This document shows, in pieces, positions 47,700-57,352 of a stretch of DNA of 64,000 nucleotides. Below the pieces are notes generated by a model, which saw only the letters and a program-made list of their open reading frames with translations, was not told the DNA's origin and did no database searches. The position numbers and the translations under genes were made by a program. Each line of letters opens with the position of its first letter. Positions within the stretch are counted from its first letter, which is position 1. Source of the stretch: Candidatus Latescibacterota bacterium (GTDB taxonomy: Bacteria > Latescibacterota > UBA2968 > UBA8231); the NCBI GenBank assembly GCA_965203355.1, contig OZ241889.1:736001-800000 (forward strand), given 5' to 3'.

Positions 47700-48660
47700 G
47701 ATCGCGAACAATTTGGTCCATGACTCGGCTAGTGCGGGCGGCGCTTTCACCGGTGCTGGGACATTCGCCCCGGCCCAACAGGGCATTGACGACGGTTTGG
47801 ATCAGGGGTTGCTGTACATGTTGGGGTGGGTCAATGGCAAAGGTTTGGGTCCCGGCATTGGTGATCAATTCGACCGGGGTGAAGGCGAACGTGGAAAAGG
47901 CGATTCGGCCCTTGTCGCCGACGATTTCGATCCGGTCGCAGGGCTGGTCGGCGGCGAAGTTCCAGACTCCTGCGCCGAGTGTGCCGGATTTGAATGCGAA
48001 GCTGGCGGTAACAGCATCTTCGGCTTGGTAGAGCTTGGCTTGGTTGGTGGCGTGGCCCGAGGCTTGGGCGATGGGGCCGAGCAGAAAGTCGAGGAAGTCG
48101 AGTTGGTGCGCGGCTAGATCGAAGAAATAGCCGCCCCCCGAGATGGCTGGGATGACGCGCCAAGGCAGGTCGTGGGGATCCTCTGCTGCGGGTTGGCAGA
48201 GCGCAATAGAGGCGAAGCGCACCGCGCCGATGACCCCTTCCTCGACCAGCGACTGGACCTTGAGAAAAGCAGGTAGGGCGCGGCGGTAGTAGGCGACAAA
48301 AAGCGGCACCCCGGCCCGACGGCAGGCGTCGATCATCGCCAAACACTCGCCGTGGTTGCGCGCCATTGGCTTTTCGACGTAAACAGGTTTGCCTGCTCGG
48401 GCGACTTGGGTCGTGTAGTGAGCGTGGGTATCGGGGGGCGTCGCGATATAAACCGCATTGACGTCCGGATCGCCAATGAGTGCGTCGGCTCGGTCGTACC
48501 ATCTGGGCACGCCGTGGCGCACGGCATAATCGCGGGCTTTGTCCGCGCTGCGGCGCATGACCGCCACCAGCGCGGAATCGCACGTCTTGTACAGCGCAGG
48601 GCCGCTCTTTACTTCTGTAACGTCGCCGCAGCCGATGATACCCCAGCGAATTGTAGCCAT
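47689..48660 (-). CDS. Gfo/Idh/MocA oxidoreductase
   Basis: WGIIGCGDVTEVKSGP, YIATPP, YVEKPMA, VAYYRR, GGG..DL..H.LD. Confidence 0.95.
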   Translation of the reverse strand: MATIRWGIIGCGDVTEVKSGPALYKTCDSALVAVMRRSADKARDYAVRHGVPRWYDRADALIGDPDVNAVYIATPPDTHAHYTTQVARAGKPVYVEKPMARNHGECLAMIDACRRAGVPLFVAYYRRALPAFLKVQSLVEEGVIGAVRFASIALCQPAAEDPHDLPWRVIPAISGGGYFFDLAAHQLDFLDFLLGPIAQASGHATNQAKLYQAEDAVTASFAFKSGTLGAGVWNFAADQPCDRIEIVGDKGRIAFSTFAFTPVELITNAGTQTFAIDPPQHVQQPLIQTVVNALLGRGECPSTGESAARTSRVMDQIVRDHAA

Positions 48661-48896
48661 GAAATGTTCTCCAGCCGAGCGAGTTAGGCGGCCTGTTGGA
48701 CGATGGCGAGCAGGCTGTCGCCGTACCTATTTGCGACTCGATGGCGACTCCCCTTAAAGTAGCAAAAATTTTCCTAACCGCGAAGTTCTCCTATACTTAT
48801 GTCAATTATGTCCATAGCCCATGCAAGAAAGTGTAGTTGACGTGCTAGGCATCGTCTTGGAATTGGCCTTGAGCCGCAAGGCCAGCGGAGCGCACC

Positions 48897-49394
48897 GTGA
48901 ATAGCAAGCTGGCTAGTCTCCCCGTCGTTTACTTGGAGACGACGGTGGTGAGTTACCTCGCGGCCAAGCCAAGCCGCGAGGTAGTCATAGCCGGACATCA
49001 GCAATCGACCCAAGAATGGTGGGAGCATAGGAGACAGGACTTCAGAGTCGTTGCTTCGCAACTGGTCCTCCAAGAGGCCGGTGGAGGTGATGTACAGGTA
49101 GCCCAGCGCAGACTGGATATACTGAAAAGTGTGGAGTTACTCGAAATCACCCCAAACGCGACCGCTTTGGCTCATGCGTTAGTAGAGAATGCCGCAATTC
49201 CTAAGACTTCTCTTGAGGATGCCTTGCACGTTGCGGTCGCCGTAGTCAACCGCTGTACGTATCTGATGACGTGGAACTATCGCCATTTAGCTGGCGCAAG
49301 TGCGCGAGCGCGAATTGAGGCATTCTGTCGAGATAAAGGATATGAGCCGGCGATCATTTGTACGCCGGAGGAACTTTTGGAGGATGCGCCATGA
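48897..49394 (+). CDS. PIN-domain (VapC-like) toxin
   Basis: VYLETTVVSYL, S.LV..E, EDALHVAVA, YLMTWNYRHL, ICTPEEL. Confidence 0.9.
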   Translation: MNSKLASLPVVYLETTVVSYLAAKPSREVVIAGHQQSTQEWWEHRRQDFRVVASQLVLQEAGGGDVQVAQRRLDILKSVELLEITPNATALAHALVENAAIPKTSLEDALHVAVAVVNRCTYLMTWNYRHLAGASARARIEAFCRDKGYEPAIICTPEELLEDAP

Positions 49395-49576
49395 AAGATG
49401 ATCCCATCGTCGCCGAAGTGCGGCGCATTAGACAGGAACATGCCGCACGGTTTGGTTACGACTTAGATTTGATCGTCGCAGATCTCAAAGCACAAGAGCA
49501 GGCCAGCGGTCGGCAGTATATTCGATTGCCCTTCCGTCGTTTGGCTGACCAGAATACGGAGCCGCCGACCGCTTAG
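49391..49576 (+). CDS. Small putative antitoxin downstream of the PIN toxin
   Basis: ATGA overlap; MKDDPIVAEVRRIRQEHAARFGYDL..I..DL is typical of partners of this PIN family. Confidence 0.75.
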   Translation: MKDDPIVAEVRRIRQEHAARFGYDLDLIVADLKAQEQASGRQYIRLPFRRLADQNTEPPTA

Positions 49577-49692
49577 ATCGACCGTCGGCAGCACGATTAT
49601 TTTTGGCGACGCAGATGCCGAGCCGCTATAGCAGGTAACGGCCCTCGGATCGGTGGGCATTGAATCCCGCTACCTCCAGACAGCCGAGCGAG

Positions 49693-51621
49693 TTAGGCGG
49701 CCTGTTGGACGATGGCGAGCAGGCCGTCGCCGTATTTTTCGGCCTTGGCCGGGCCAATGCCGTGCGCCAGCTTGAGTTCTTCGAGGTTGGCGGGCCGCAG
49801 CAGGACGATGTCGCGGAGGGTGCGGTCGCTGGCGATGACGTAGGGCGGAACGTTTTCGTCGCGGGCCAGCGTCATGCGGTGATGGCGCAGTGCATCAAAG
49901 AGGGCTTGGGCATTTTCGTCGAAATTCTCCCTAGAATCGGGAATGCGAGGACGGACGCGTACGGGGCGGGTTGCCGAAACTGATTTCGGCGGCAAGAGCA
50001 AGCGTGCGGGCCGCTCGGCGTGAATGACTTGGCGTCCCTCTTGGGTGAGGACGACGACCGGTCGCTCGCCGCCAAAGAAATCGACCCAACCGGCCGTGAC
50101 CAGCCGGCGCAAAAGCTGCAACAGCCACCGCTCAGAATGTTCCCTGAGGGTGCCAAAAGTCGGGGTGCGATCTAGGCCGTCGCGAACAAGGCGCGCATCT
50201 TTGGTGCCGCGCAGGAGCTTGGCTGCCATTAGAATGCCGTAGCGTCCGTGCAGGCGCGCGACCGCGCAAAGGGCTTTGCGCACGGTGGTGGCAACCTCGG
50301 TGGCGTCGCCCGCCTCGGCATGGGAGAGGCTGCGGCAGACATCGCAGCGGCCACAGCCGGCTAGCGTCTCTTCCTCGTCGCCGAAGTAGCGCAGAATCGC
50401 GTCGTGGCGACAGGACCCGCCTTCGCTCCAGCGCATCAGTTCCAAAAATAGATTCCACTTGTGCTGAACCACTGCTGGGTCGGGGGCGCGGCCGTTGGCG
50501 TCGCTTTCGATTAGGTGGCGTCGCAGCGCCATGTCGCCGGGGGCGATCAGCAGTAGGCAGTAGGCGTCTTGGCCATCGCGCCCGGCGCGTCCTACTTCTT
50601 GATAATACGCTTCAATTGAGTTGGGCGGGGCCAGATGGACAATAGCGCGCACATCGGCGCGGTCGATGCCCATGCCAAAGGCATTGGTAGCCACCACGAT
50701 TTGGATTTGGTCCCGCATAAAGGCGCACTGAACGGCGTCGCGGTCTGGTCCCGACATGCCCGCGTGATAGGCGGCTACCGGCCATCCGGCTTCTTGGAGG
50801 CGGCTCGCTTCTTCCTCGGTGCTTTTGCGAGTAGGGGCATAGACGATGGCGGTCCCTAGCCTTTGGTCGGGCGCACCAAGTGCTTCGGCCAGCAGCGCGT
50901 CCATCCGCTGACGCCGCTCGGCTGCGCTGTTGATTTCGGCGACTCGCAGCGAGAGGTTGGGCCGCGCAAAACCGCGCACGAGCTGGGGCGTGTCGCTCGG
51001 TAGCCCGAGGCGTTCTAGGATTTCGTCGCGCACCACCGGCGTGGCTGTGGCCGTGCAGGCGAGGACCCGACAATCGGGCAACTCGCGGACCAGCTCGCCA
51101 ATCTGCAAGTACTCGGGCCGAAAGTCGTGGCCCCACTCGCTGATGCAGTGGGCCTCATCCACGGCAATAAGCGGGCATTTGATCTGACTCAGGAGCGCGC
51201 GGAAGCCCGAGAAAGTCAGCCGCTCGGGGGCGGCGTAAACCAGCTTGTACTGGCCTCGGGCCACCCCGTACATGCGGCGGCGCAGCTCGTCGCTATCGAG
51301 GGTTGAGGATAGGTACGTGGCGGCGAGGCCGCGCCTTTTTAGTGCTTGGACTTGATCGTGCATCAGCGCGATGAGCGGCGAGACGACTAGCGCCGTGCCC
51401 GGCAGGAGGGCCGCGGGTAGTTGGTAGGTCAAGCTCTTGCCGCCGCCGGTGGGGGCGACCAAAAGCAGGCGACCGGTGGCGAGCAAGGTTTGGATGGCTT
51501 CGCGTTGGCCGGGCAGAAAACTCGCAAAGCCGAGCCGGCCCAACGCCGCGTCGAGAATGGCTGGCGGCGGCTTGAGGGAGTCGGCGTCGCTGAGCAAGAG
51601 GGCGTTTTTATGCTCGGTCAT
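49693..51621 (-). CDS. recQ: ATP-dependent DNA helicase RecQ
   Basis: PTGGGKS, DEAHCISEWGHDFRPEY, TAT, ATNAFGMGID, QEVGRAGRDG, Zn-binding C..CD.C, RQC and HRDC domains. Confidence 0.96.
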   Translation of the reverse strand: MTEHKNALLLSDADSLKPPPAILDAALGRLGFASFLPGQREAIQTLLATGRLLLVAPTGGGKSLTYQLPAALLPGTALVVSPLIALMHDQVQALKRRGLAATYLSSTLDSDELRRRMYGVARGQYKLVYAAPERLTFSGFRALLSQIKCPLIAVDEAHCISEWGHDFRPEYLQIGELVRELPDCRVLACTATATPVVRDEILERLGLPSDTPQLVRGFARPNLSLRVAEINSAAERRQRMDALLAEALGAPDQRLGTAIVYAPTRKSTEEEASRLQEAGWPVAAYHAGMSGPDRDAVQCAFMRDQIQIVVATNAFGMGIDRADVRAIVHLAPPNSIEAYYQEVGRAGRDGQDAYCLLLIAPGDMALRRHLIESDANGRAPDPAVVQHKWNLFLELMRWSEGGSCRHDAILRYFGDEEETLAGCGRCDVCRSLSHAEAGDATEVATTVRKALCAVARLHGRYGILMAAKLLRGTKDARLVRDGLDRTPTFGTLREHSERWLLQLLRRLVTAGWVDFFGGERPVVVLTQEGRQVIHAERPARLLLPPKSVSATRPVRVRPRIPDSRENFDENAQALFDALRHHRMTLARDENVPPYVIASDRTLRDIVLLRPANLEELKLAHGIGPAKAEKYGDGLLAIVQQAA

Positions 51622-51820
51622 TCGAGAAGATTGGATCGGCGTGATAGCATCTGACGGAGCAAAAAATATAAGTCAGGCTACAACGCTTGCAATTGGCGTA
51701 CCAGCCCAATCTTCAGAGAAGACCAGCGCGTACCGCAAAAAGTACTGTGTAGAATACTACACAACACTGTATCGCTTCATGGACTCAGCTAAAGCCCGAC
51801 ATCACTGGAGGATTTGAGGG

Positions 51821-53200
51821 CTAACCGTCGGATCGCCGCTGGTCCCAAGGGCCGTAGATCGCCAGCGTGGTGCCGGGATGCTGGATATTGACGAAGAGCA
51901 CTTGGCCATCGGGTGAGAAGGTCGCGCCGGCGAATTCGGATTTGTTCATGCGGTTGTGACCGAAGCGGTAGATCTGGCCGGTGGGCGTTATGCCGACTAG
52001 GTTGTTTCCCCCGCCTCCGTCTTCGCAGACGATCAAGTCGCCAAAAGGCGAGACCGTGAGGTTGTCGGCATTGTCGACTAGGTCTCCGTCGTTTGGCTCG
52101 ACGAAAAGTTCGAGCGTTCCCGGTGCGGTACCCTCATCAGCCGTGCCCTCGTGTGGGCTAGGCTGGTAGCGGTAGATCTGGCCTTTCTTTTTGCGTCCGC
52201 CACTGGTGCAAGCAAAGTAAATCGCCTCGCGGCCATACCACATGCCCTCGCTGCGGGCAAAGCGCGCGCAGCCCTTGCCGTCAAAGCCCTGAAAGCGCAA
52301 GTCGTCGTCCGGCGATTCGACGTTTTCTATATCGACCCAGCGCACGGCGAGCGGCTCGCCCGGGCGCACTAGTGCTTTTTCCCAGTTGCGGGTATCCAAG
52401 CTGGGATGGTCAATTGCGGCCAAGGCTTGCAGCCGCCCAGCTATTAGCTTCCTTGGTGCGTCGGGGATGTAGCGGTAGATCAAGCCGTCGTCTTTATCTT
52501 CGGTCTGATAGACGATGCCCGAGCGGGGATCGACGGCGATGGCTTCGTGCCTGAAGCGACCCATGGCTTTGAGCGGCACGGGTGCGGCGCGGCGAATGGC
52601 TGTGGTCGCGGGGACCTCAAAGTTGTAGCCATGGTCTTTTTCGATCGGCGCGTCAATCCGCTGGGTCGTCTCTTCGCAGCTAACCCAGCTATGCCACGGA
52701 GTCGGCCCTCCGGCGCAGTTGACCGCAGTACCGGCTAAGCTGAGAAACTCCCGCTCTACTGCGCCGGTTTGCGCGTTGTACACGAGGGTTGTGGTGCCGC
52801 CCAAGCCCGGCATCTTGCCGTGGCCCCAGTCGTACAAGTCCTCTTTGGGCAGTTTGCCTAGGTGCTCGTTGTCGTCGCCAAAGGCCCCGGCCTCCCGTGC
52901 GCCGCTGTTCAGTTCGTGGTTGCGGACCAAAACGACGCGGCCTTCTGGCCCGGGGAAAGCGGCCATCCCGTCGGCTGCGCCCGGCACCCGCAGGCCGTCG
53001 TCCATGGCTTCGCCGATGCGCGACAGAATTCGATAGCTAAACCCCTCGGGCAGATCGAGGATGTCTGCGGGGTCGGGGACGAGCGGCCCGAAGCGGTTTT
53101 CGAGCGCGGGAACGCCCCAAGCCAAGTGGCGATGGAGGCCAGCAAAGCCGATGGAAACGGCCGTTGCGCTTTTGAGAAACTGGCGTCTAGAAATAGGCAT
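51821..53200 (-). CDS. Tat-exported PhoX/DUF839-family phosphatase
   Basis: SRRQFLK Tat motif; LVRNHE, NCAGG.TPW.SW..CEE, GRFRHEA, EG.W, DN, CED, E.AG.TFSPDG..LFVNIQ.PG. Confidence 0.92.
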   Translation of the reverse strand: MPISRRQFLKSATAVSIGFAGLHRHLAWGVPALENRFGPLVPDPADILDLPEGFSYRILSRIGEAMDDGLRVPGAADGMAAFPGPEGRVVLVRNHELNSGAREAGAFGDDNEHLGKLPKEDLYDWGHGKMPGLGGTTTLVYNAQTGAVEREFLSLAGTAVNCAGGPTPWHSWVSCEETTQRIDAPIEKDHGYNFEVPATTAIRRAAPVPLKAMGRFRHEAIAVDPRSGIVYQTEDKDDGLIYRYIPDAPRKLIAGRLQALAAIDHPSLDTRNWEKALVRPGEPLAVRWVDIENVESPDDDLRFQGFDGKGCARFARSEGMWYGREAIYFACTSGGRKKKGQIYRYQPSPHEGTADEGTAPGTLELFVEPNDGDLVDNADNLTVSPFGDLIVCEDGGGGNNLVGITPTGQIYRFGHNRMNKSEFAGATFSPDGQVLFVNIQHPGTTLAIYGPWDQRRSDG

Positions 53201-53336
53201 GTGAGAATCTCCGGTAGCTAAAAGACGTGAGAGCGGCTTGAAGTGGACTTGTACAAAAATACCAAGGCATATTTCACGGTCAAACGCGACCTTTCTCGGC
53301 GCATAGATATACATTTCTAATTTAGAACGTAAAACG

Positions 53337-54041
53337 ATGCTATTCCAAAAACCACAATGGCACGACGAACTGCCCTCGACCAATACGACCTTGGTCAAGT
53401 GGCTGCGCGAGGGCCGGGACCTGCCCGACGGCTTCGTGCTTGCCGCTCGTTCGCAAACCGCTGGCCGGGGCCGCCACGAGCGGCAATGGCTCGCTCGGCC
53501 CGGTCGCAATCTGACTTTTTCCGCGCTATTGCAGACCGCTGTGTCGCCGTTGCAATTCCTGTCGCTACCGCAGGCCGCAGCCTTGGGCGCGGTGGCCTAT
53601 TTGGAGGAAAGCGGCTTGGCGGCGCAGACCAAGTGGCCCAACGATGTGTTGGTGGGTGGTCGCAAGATATGCGGCATTTTGGCCGAGCGCGGCAATGGAG
53701 TCGTCCTGGGGATCGGCCTCAATGTCAACATGGATGCCGACGAGGCCGCTTCCATCGGCCAGCCCGCTACGTCGCTGCGGATTGAGACGGGCACCGAGCG
53801 CGATGTCGAGCGGGCATTGGACGAGTTGCTGGGGCATCTGCAGGTGTGGATCGGGCGTTGGGCAAAAGGCGGCTTTGCTGCGCTGAGGGCGGCGTGGGAG
53901 TCTCGCTGCGCCAACTTGGGCCAGTACGTCGCAGTCGGCGGGTACACGGGCGTGGTGTTGGGCTTTGGCTCAGCCGGACAACTGCTGTTGCGCGAGGACG
54001 ACGGGACGCGACGCGAAGTGTGGACCGGCGATGTGGCTTAG
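53337..54041 (+). CDS. birA: Biotin--protein ligase without HTH
   Basis: STN, QTAGRGR, KWPND, RKICGIL, GIGLNVN. Confidence 0.95.
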   Translation: MLFQKPQWHDELPSTNTTLVKWLREGRDLPDGFVLAARSQTAGRGRHERQWLARPGRNLTFSALLQTAVSPLQFLSLPQAAALGAVAYLEESGLAAQTKWPNDVLVGGRKICGILAERGNGVVLGIGLNVNMDADEAASIGQPATSLRIETGTERDVERALDELLGHLQVWIGRWAKGGFAALRAAWESRCANLGQYVAVGGYTGVVLGFGSAGQLLLREDDGTRREVWTGDVA

Positions 54042-55840
54042 CTAATGTGTGCCAGCGCCTGTCCGTCGGCCACCTGATCCCCGGCATGGACCAAAATATC
54101 GGCGACCACGCCTCCGACCGGAGCCGTTACTGGCATTTCCATTTTCATAGCTTCGAGCACGAGGATTCCCTCGCCTGCTTCTACGGGGTCGCCGACTTGG
54201 ACGAGGTGGCGGATTACTTTCCCGGGCATCTGGGCTTGCACTGGTGTGCCGCCGTCCGCTTTGGGTGCCGGCGCGGCGGGAGCGGCCCCATCGGTCAATC
54301 GATCCAAGCTGACTTGGAAGCGTCGGCCATCCACCGTGGCCGTGTCGCCGTCAATAGCTACGGCGTAACGTCGGCCATCGACCGAGATCGCATAGTGCGC
54401 TGGACCGTCAGCCGGGATCGCTTCTTTTGGCTCTTTTTCTACCTTGCGTACGCCGATCTCGCCTTCTCCCTTGAGGAAGGCCAGGCCCTTGTCTTGGCAG
54501 GTGGCGACGATGAAAATGTTTTCGTCCGTCTCTTCAAGGCCGGCTTCCCGCAGTTGTTTGCGGGCTGGTTCGACGCCCTTGTTCGGATCGGCGTCGTTGC
54601 GTTCGAGCGGCTTTTGGGTCGTTGGCTCTAGCCCGAGCTGTTGGGCGGCGATCGCGACGACCGAGGGGTCGGGTGCGACCGGCGTCTTGCCGAAGTAGCC
54701 CAAGACCATCTGGCCGTAAGGCGCGGCGATCCGCTCCCAAGGGCCGAACATGACGTTGTTGAACGCCTGCTGAAAGTAAAATTGCGAGACCGGCGTCACC
54801 GAAGTGCCGAATCCGCCCTTTTCGACGACCTCGCGCATGGCCTTGATCATATCTGGGTACTTGTCCATGATGCCGTTGTCGCGCAGCATCTGGGTGTTGG
54901 CCGTTAGTGCGCCGCCGGGCATGGGGCTCCACGGGATCATCGGCTCCACGGCCACGGCTTCGGGTGGCAGAAAGTAGGAGGCCATACACTCCTTGAAGAC
55001 TTCCTCGGCGTCGCGGATCTTGTCGATGTCAATGTCGAGATCGTAGTCGGAGCCGCGCAGCGCGTGCCACATGACGATGATGTCGGGCTGGCAGGTGCCG
55101 CCGGAACAGGGAGCCATAGACAGGTCGATCGCGTCGGCACCAGCGTCGAGGGCGGCTATGTTGGCACTGACGCCAATGCCGGCTGTTTCGTGGGTGTGGA
55201 AGTGGATGAAGGTGTCTTCGGGCAGCATGAGGCGTGCCTCGGAGATGGTCTCATAGACTTTGGCGGGCACGGCGGTGCCCGAGGCATCCTTGAAACAGAC
55301 CGCGTCGTAGGGAATGCCGGCGTCTAGTATCTGGCGCAAGGTCTTGGTGTAGAAGGCCGCGTCGTGGGCACCGGCGCAGCCCGGCGGCAGTTCCATCAGC
55401 GTGACACAGACTTGGTGCTTAAGCCCAGCATCCACAATGCACTGCCCCGAATAGATGAGGTTGTCGACATCGTTGAGCGCGTCAAAATTGCGGATGGTGG
55501 TGATGCCGTGCTTTTTGAAGAGTTCGGCGTGCAGCTTGATGATGTCGCTCGGCTGCGATTCGAGGCCAACCACGTTGACGCCTCGTGCCAAGGTCTGCAA
55601 GTCGGCGTCCGGGCCGACCGTGGTGCGAAAGGCATCCATCGCGGCAAAGGCGTCTTCGCCGCAGTAGAAGTAAAACGACTGGAAACAGGCCCCGCCGCCG
55701 GCTTCAAAATAGTCGATGCCAGCGTCCTTGGCCGCGGCGACAGCCGGCAGAAAATCGGACGTGAAAACGCGCGCACCATAGACCGACTGAAAGCCGTCGC
55801 GGAAGGCGGTACACATGAAGCGAACTTTCTTTTTGTTCAC
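54038..55840 (-). CDS. oadA: Oxaloacetate decarboxylase alpha / PycB-type carboxyltransferase with biotinyl domain
   Basis: RDGFQS, CFKDASG, HFHTH, PGG, VTPVSQ, EAMKME. Confidence 0.88.
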   Translation of the reverse strand: MNKKKVRFMCTAFRDGFQSVYGARVFTSDFLPAVAAAKDAGIDYFEAGGGACFQSFYFYCGEDAFAAMDAFRTTVGPDADLQTLARGVNVVGLESQPSDIIKLHAELFKKHGITTIRNFDALNDVDNLIYSGQCIVDAGLKHQVCVTLMELPPGCAGAHDAAFYTKTLRQILDAGIPYDAVCFKDASGTAVPAKVYETISEARLMLPEDTFIHFHTHETAGIGVSANIAALDAGADAIDLSMAPCSGGTCQPDIIVMWHALRGSDYDLDIDIDKIRDAEEVFKECMASYFLPPEAVAVEPMIPWSPMPGGALTANTQMLRDNGIMDKYPDMIKAMREVVEKGGFGTSVTPVSQFYFQQAFNNVMFGPWERIAAPYGQMVLGYFGKTPVAPDPSVVAIAAQQLGLEPTTQKPLERNDADPNKGVEPARKQLREAGLEETDENIFIVATCQDKGLAFLKGEGEIGVRKVEKEPKEAIPADGPAHYAISVDGRRYAVAIDGDTATVDGRRFQVSLDRLTDGAAPAAPAPKADGGTPVQAQMPGKVIRHLVQVGDPVEAGEGILVLEAMKMEMPVTAPVGGVVADILVHAGDQVADGQALAHIS

Positions 55841-55856
55841 GGTCGCATCCTCTTGT

Positions 55857-56984
55857 CTATCTCACCAACACGGACCACAAGACCCCGGCCCCTACCGCCG
55901 AGCCGATGACCCCGGCGACATTGGGGGCCATAGCGTGCATCAGCAAGTAGTTGTTGGGGTCTTCGCGCTGGCCCATCATCTGCACCACGCGGGCCGAGTC
56001 GGGCACGGCTGAGACCCCAGCCGCGCCGACGAGGGGGTTGATCTTGTCTTTGGTGAAGAGGTTCAAAAATTTGGCAAAGAGCACGCCGCTGGCCGTGGCG
56101 ATGGCAAAGGACAGGGCACCGAGGCTGAAGATTTGTACCGACTGCGGCGTGAGAAAGGTCTGGGCTTGGGTCGAGCAGCCGACTGAGAACCCGAGGAGGA
56201 TGGTGACGATATCGACCATCGCGGTGCGGGCGGTCTGGGCCAAGCGTTCGGTGACGCCGCTTTCCTTGAGCAGATTGCCGAAAAACAGCATACCGAGCAG
56301 TCCGATCGCACCTGGGGCGAGGAGGGCGCAGATGAGGAAGGCGACAATGGGAAAAATGATCTTTTCGCGCTGCGAGACCTCGCGCGGGGGCTTCATGCGA
56401 ATCAGTCGCTCCTTGCGCGTGGTCAAAAGTTTCATCACCGGCGGCTGAATAACCGGCACGAGGGCCATGTAGGAATACGCGGCAATGGCGATCGCTCCAA
56501 GCAGGTGCGGGGCGAGCTTGGCCGACAGGAAGATCGCCGTTGGCCCGTCGGCTCCGCCGATAATGCCGATGGCCCCGGATTCCGCCGGCGTGAAGCCTAG
56601 GTAAAGCGCACCGATCACGGTCAGGAAAATGCCCGTCTGCGCGGCCGCGCCCAACAGCACCAGCCGAGGGCTGGAGAGCATGGTCGAGAAATCGGTCATC
56701 GCGCCGATGCCGAGAAAAATCAGCGGCGGAAAAATTCCTTGGCTGACGCCAAAGTAGATGTAGTAGAGCACACTGCCTGGGTCGTACACGCCAATGGCCA
56801 TGCTGGCGATAGACGGGAGATTGCCCACGATGCAGCCGAAGCCAATCGGCAACAGCAGCAGCGGCTCGTAGTCTTTGCGGATGGCGAGAGAGATAAAGAC
56901 CGCGCCGATAACGAGCATCAGCAGATTGCCGCCCGACATGTTGGCCACGGCCGTGGTAGTGAGGAATTCGAGAAGAATCTCCAT
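55857..56984 (-). CDS. oadB: Na+-translocating decarboxylase beta subunit
   Basis: EPLLLLPIGFG, IGIIGGADGPTAI, AYSYMALVP, GAAGVSAVP, HAMAPNVAGVIGS. Confidence 0.95.
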   Translation of the reverse strand: MEILLEFLTTTAVANMSGGNLLMLVIGAVFISLAIRKDYEPLLLLPIGFGCIVGNLPSIASMAIGVYDPGSVLYYIYFGVSQGIFPPLIFLGIGAMTDFSTMLSSPRLVLLGAAAQTGIFLTVIGALYLGFTPAESGAIGIIGGADGPTAIFLSAKLAPHLLGAIAIAAYSYMALVPVIQPPVMKLLTTRKERLIRMKPPREVSQREKIIFPIVAFLICALLAPGAIGLLGMLFFGNLLKESGVTERLAQTARTAMVDIVTILLGFSVGCSTQAQTFLTPQSVQIFSLGALSFAIATASGVLFAKFLNLFTKDKINPLVGAAGVSAVPDSARVVQMMGQREDPNNYLLMHAMAPNVAGVIGSAVGAGVLWSVLVR

Positions 56985-56990
56985 GGCCGA

Positions 56991-57242
56991 TTAGTCGTTT
57001 TGGCGGCGCGTGTGTAGGGCAAAGCCGATGGCCGCGGCGATGGCGGCTGCGTCGGATTCTTTGGTCTGACTCTGCGTGTGGAGTTGGGCCGGGGGAATAT
57101 AGGGGTGGACCGCGGCGAGAATGCGCGGCAACACGGCGATAAAAACGCTGACTAAGACCAAGGCCGTAAAGACGATGCTCATGCCGGCGAAAGCTAGGTC
57201 GAGCCCCTGTGCGAGTGGATTGTCGAGTGCAGGTTGATTCAT
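56991..57242 (-). CDS. oadG: Decarboxylase gamma subunit (OadG family)
   Basis: GMSIVFTALVL TM helix, Pro-rich linker, AAIAAAI...H. Confidence 0.85.
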   Translation of the reverse strand: MNQPALDNPLAQGLDLAFAGMSIVFTALVLVSVFIAVLPRILAAVHPYIPPAQLHTQSQTKESDAAAIAAAIGFALHTRRQND

Positions 57243-57352
57243 GTCTCAAGTGGCGGCGCGAAAAGTGAAAAACATTAAAGTATGGCGACGGGCCGATAAG
57301 TCAAAAGGCGCGTTGCTTCTTTGCACAGGACCGGGTGCGCGAAATTCGGCAC

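Larger units (their letters stand above)
48672..49734. mobile_element. TA cassette bounded by 54-bp direct repeats that duplicate the recQ 3' end
   Basis: 48672-48725 equals 49681-49734 except one base; 955 bp in between; no recombinase gene. Confidence 0.75.
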
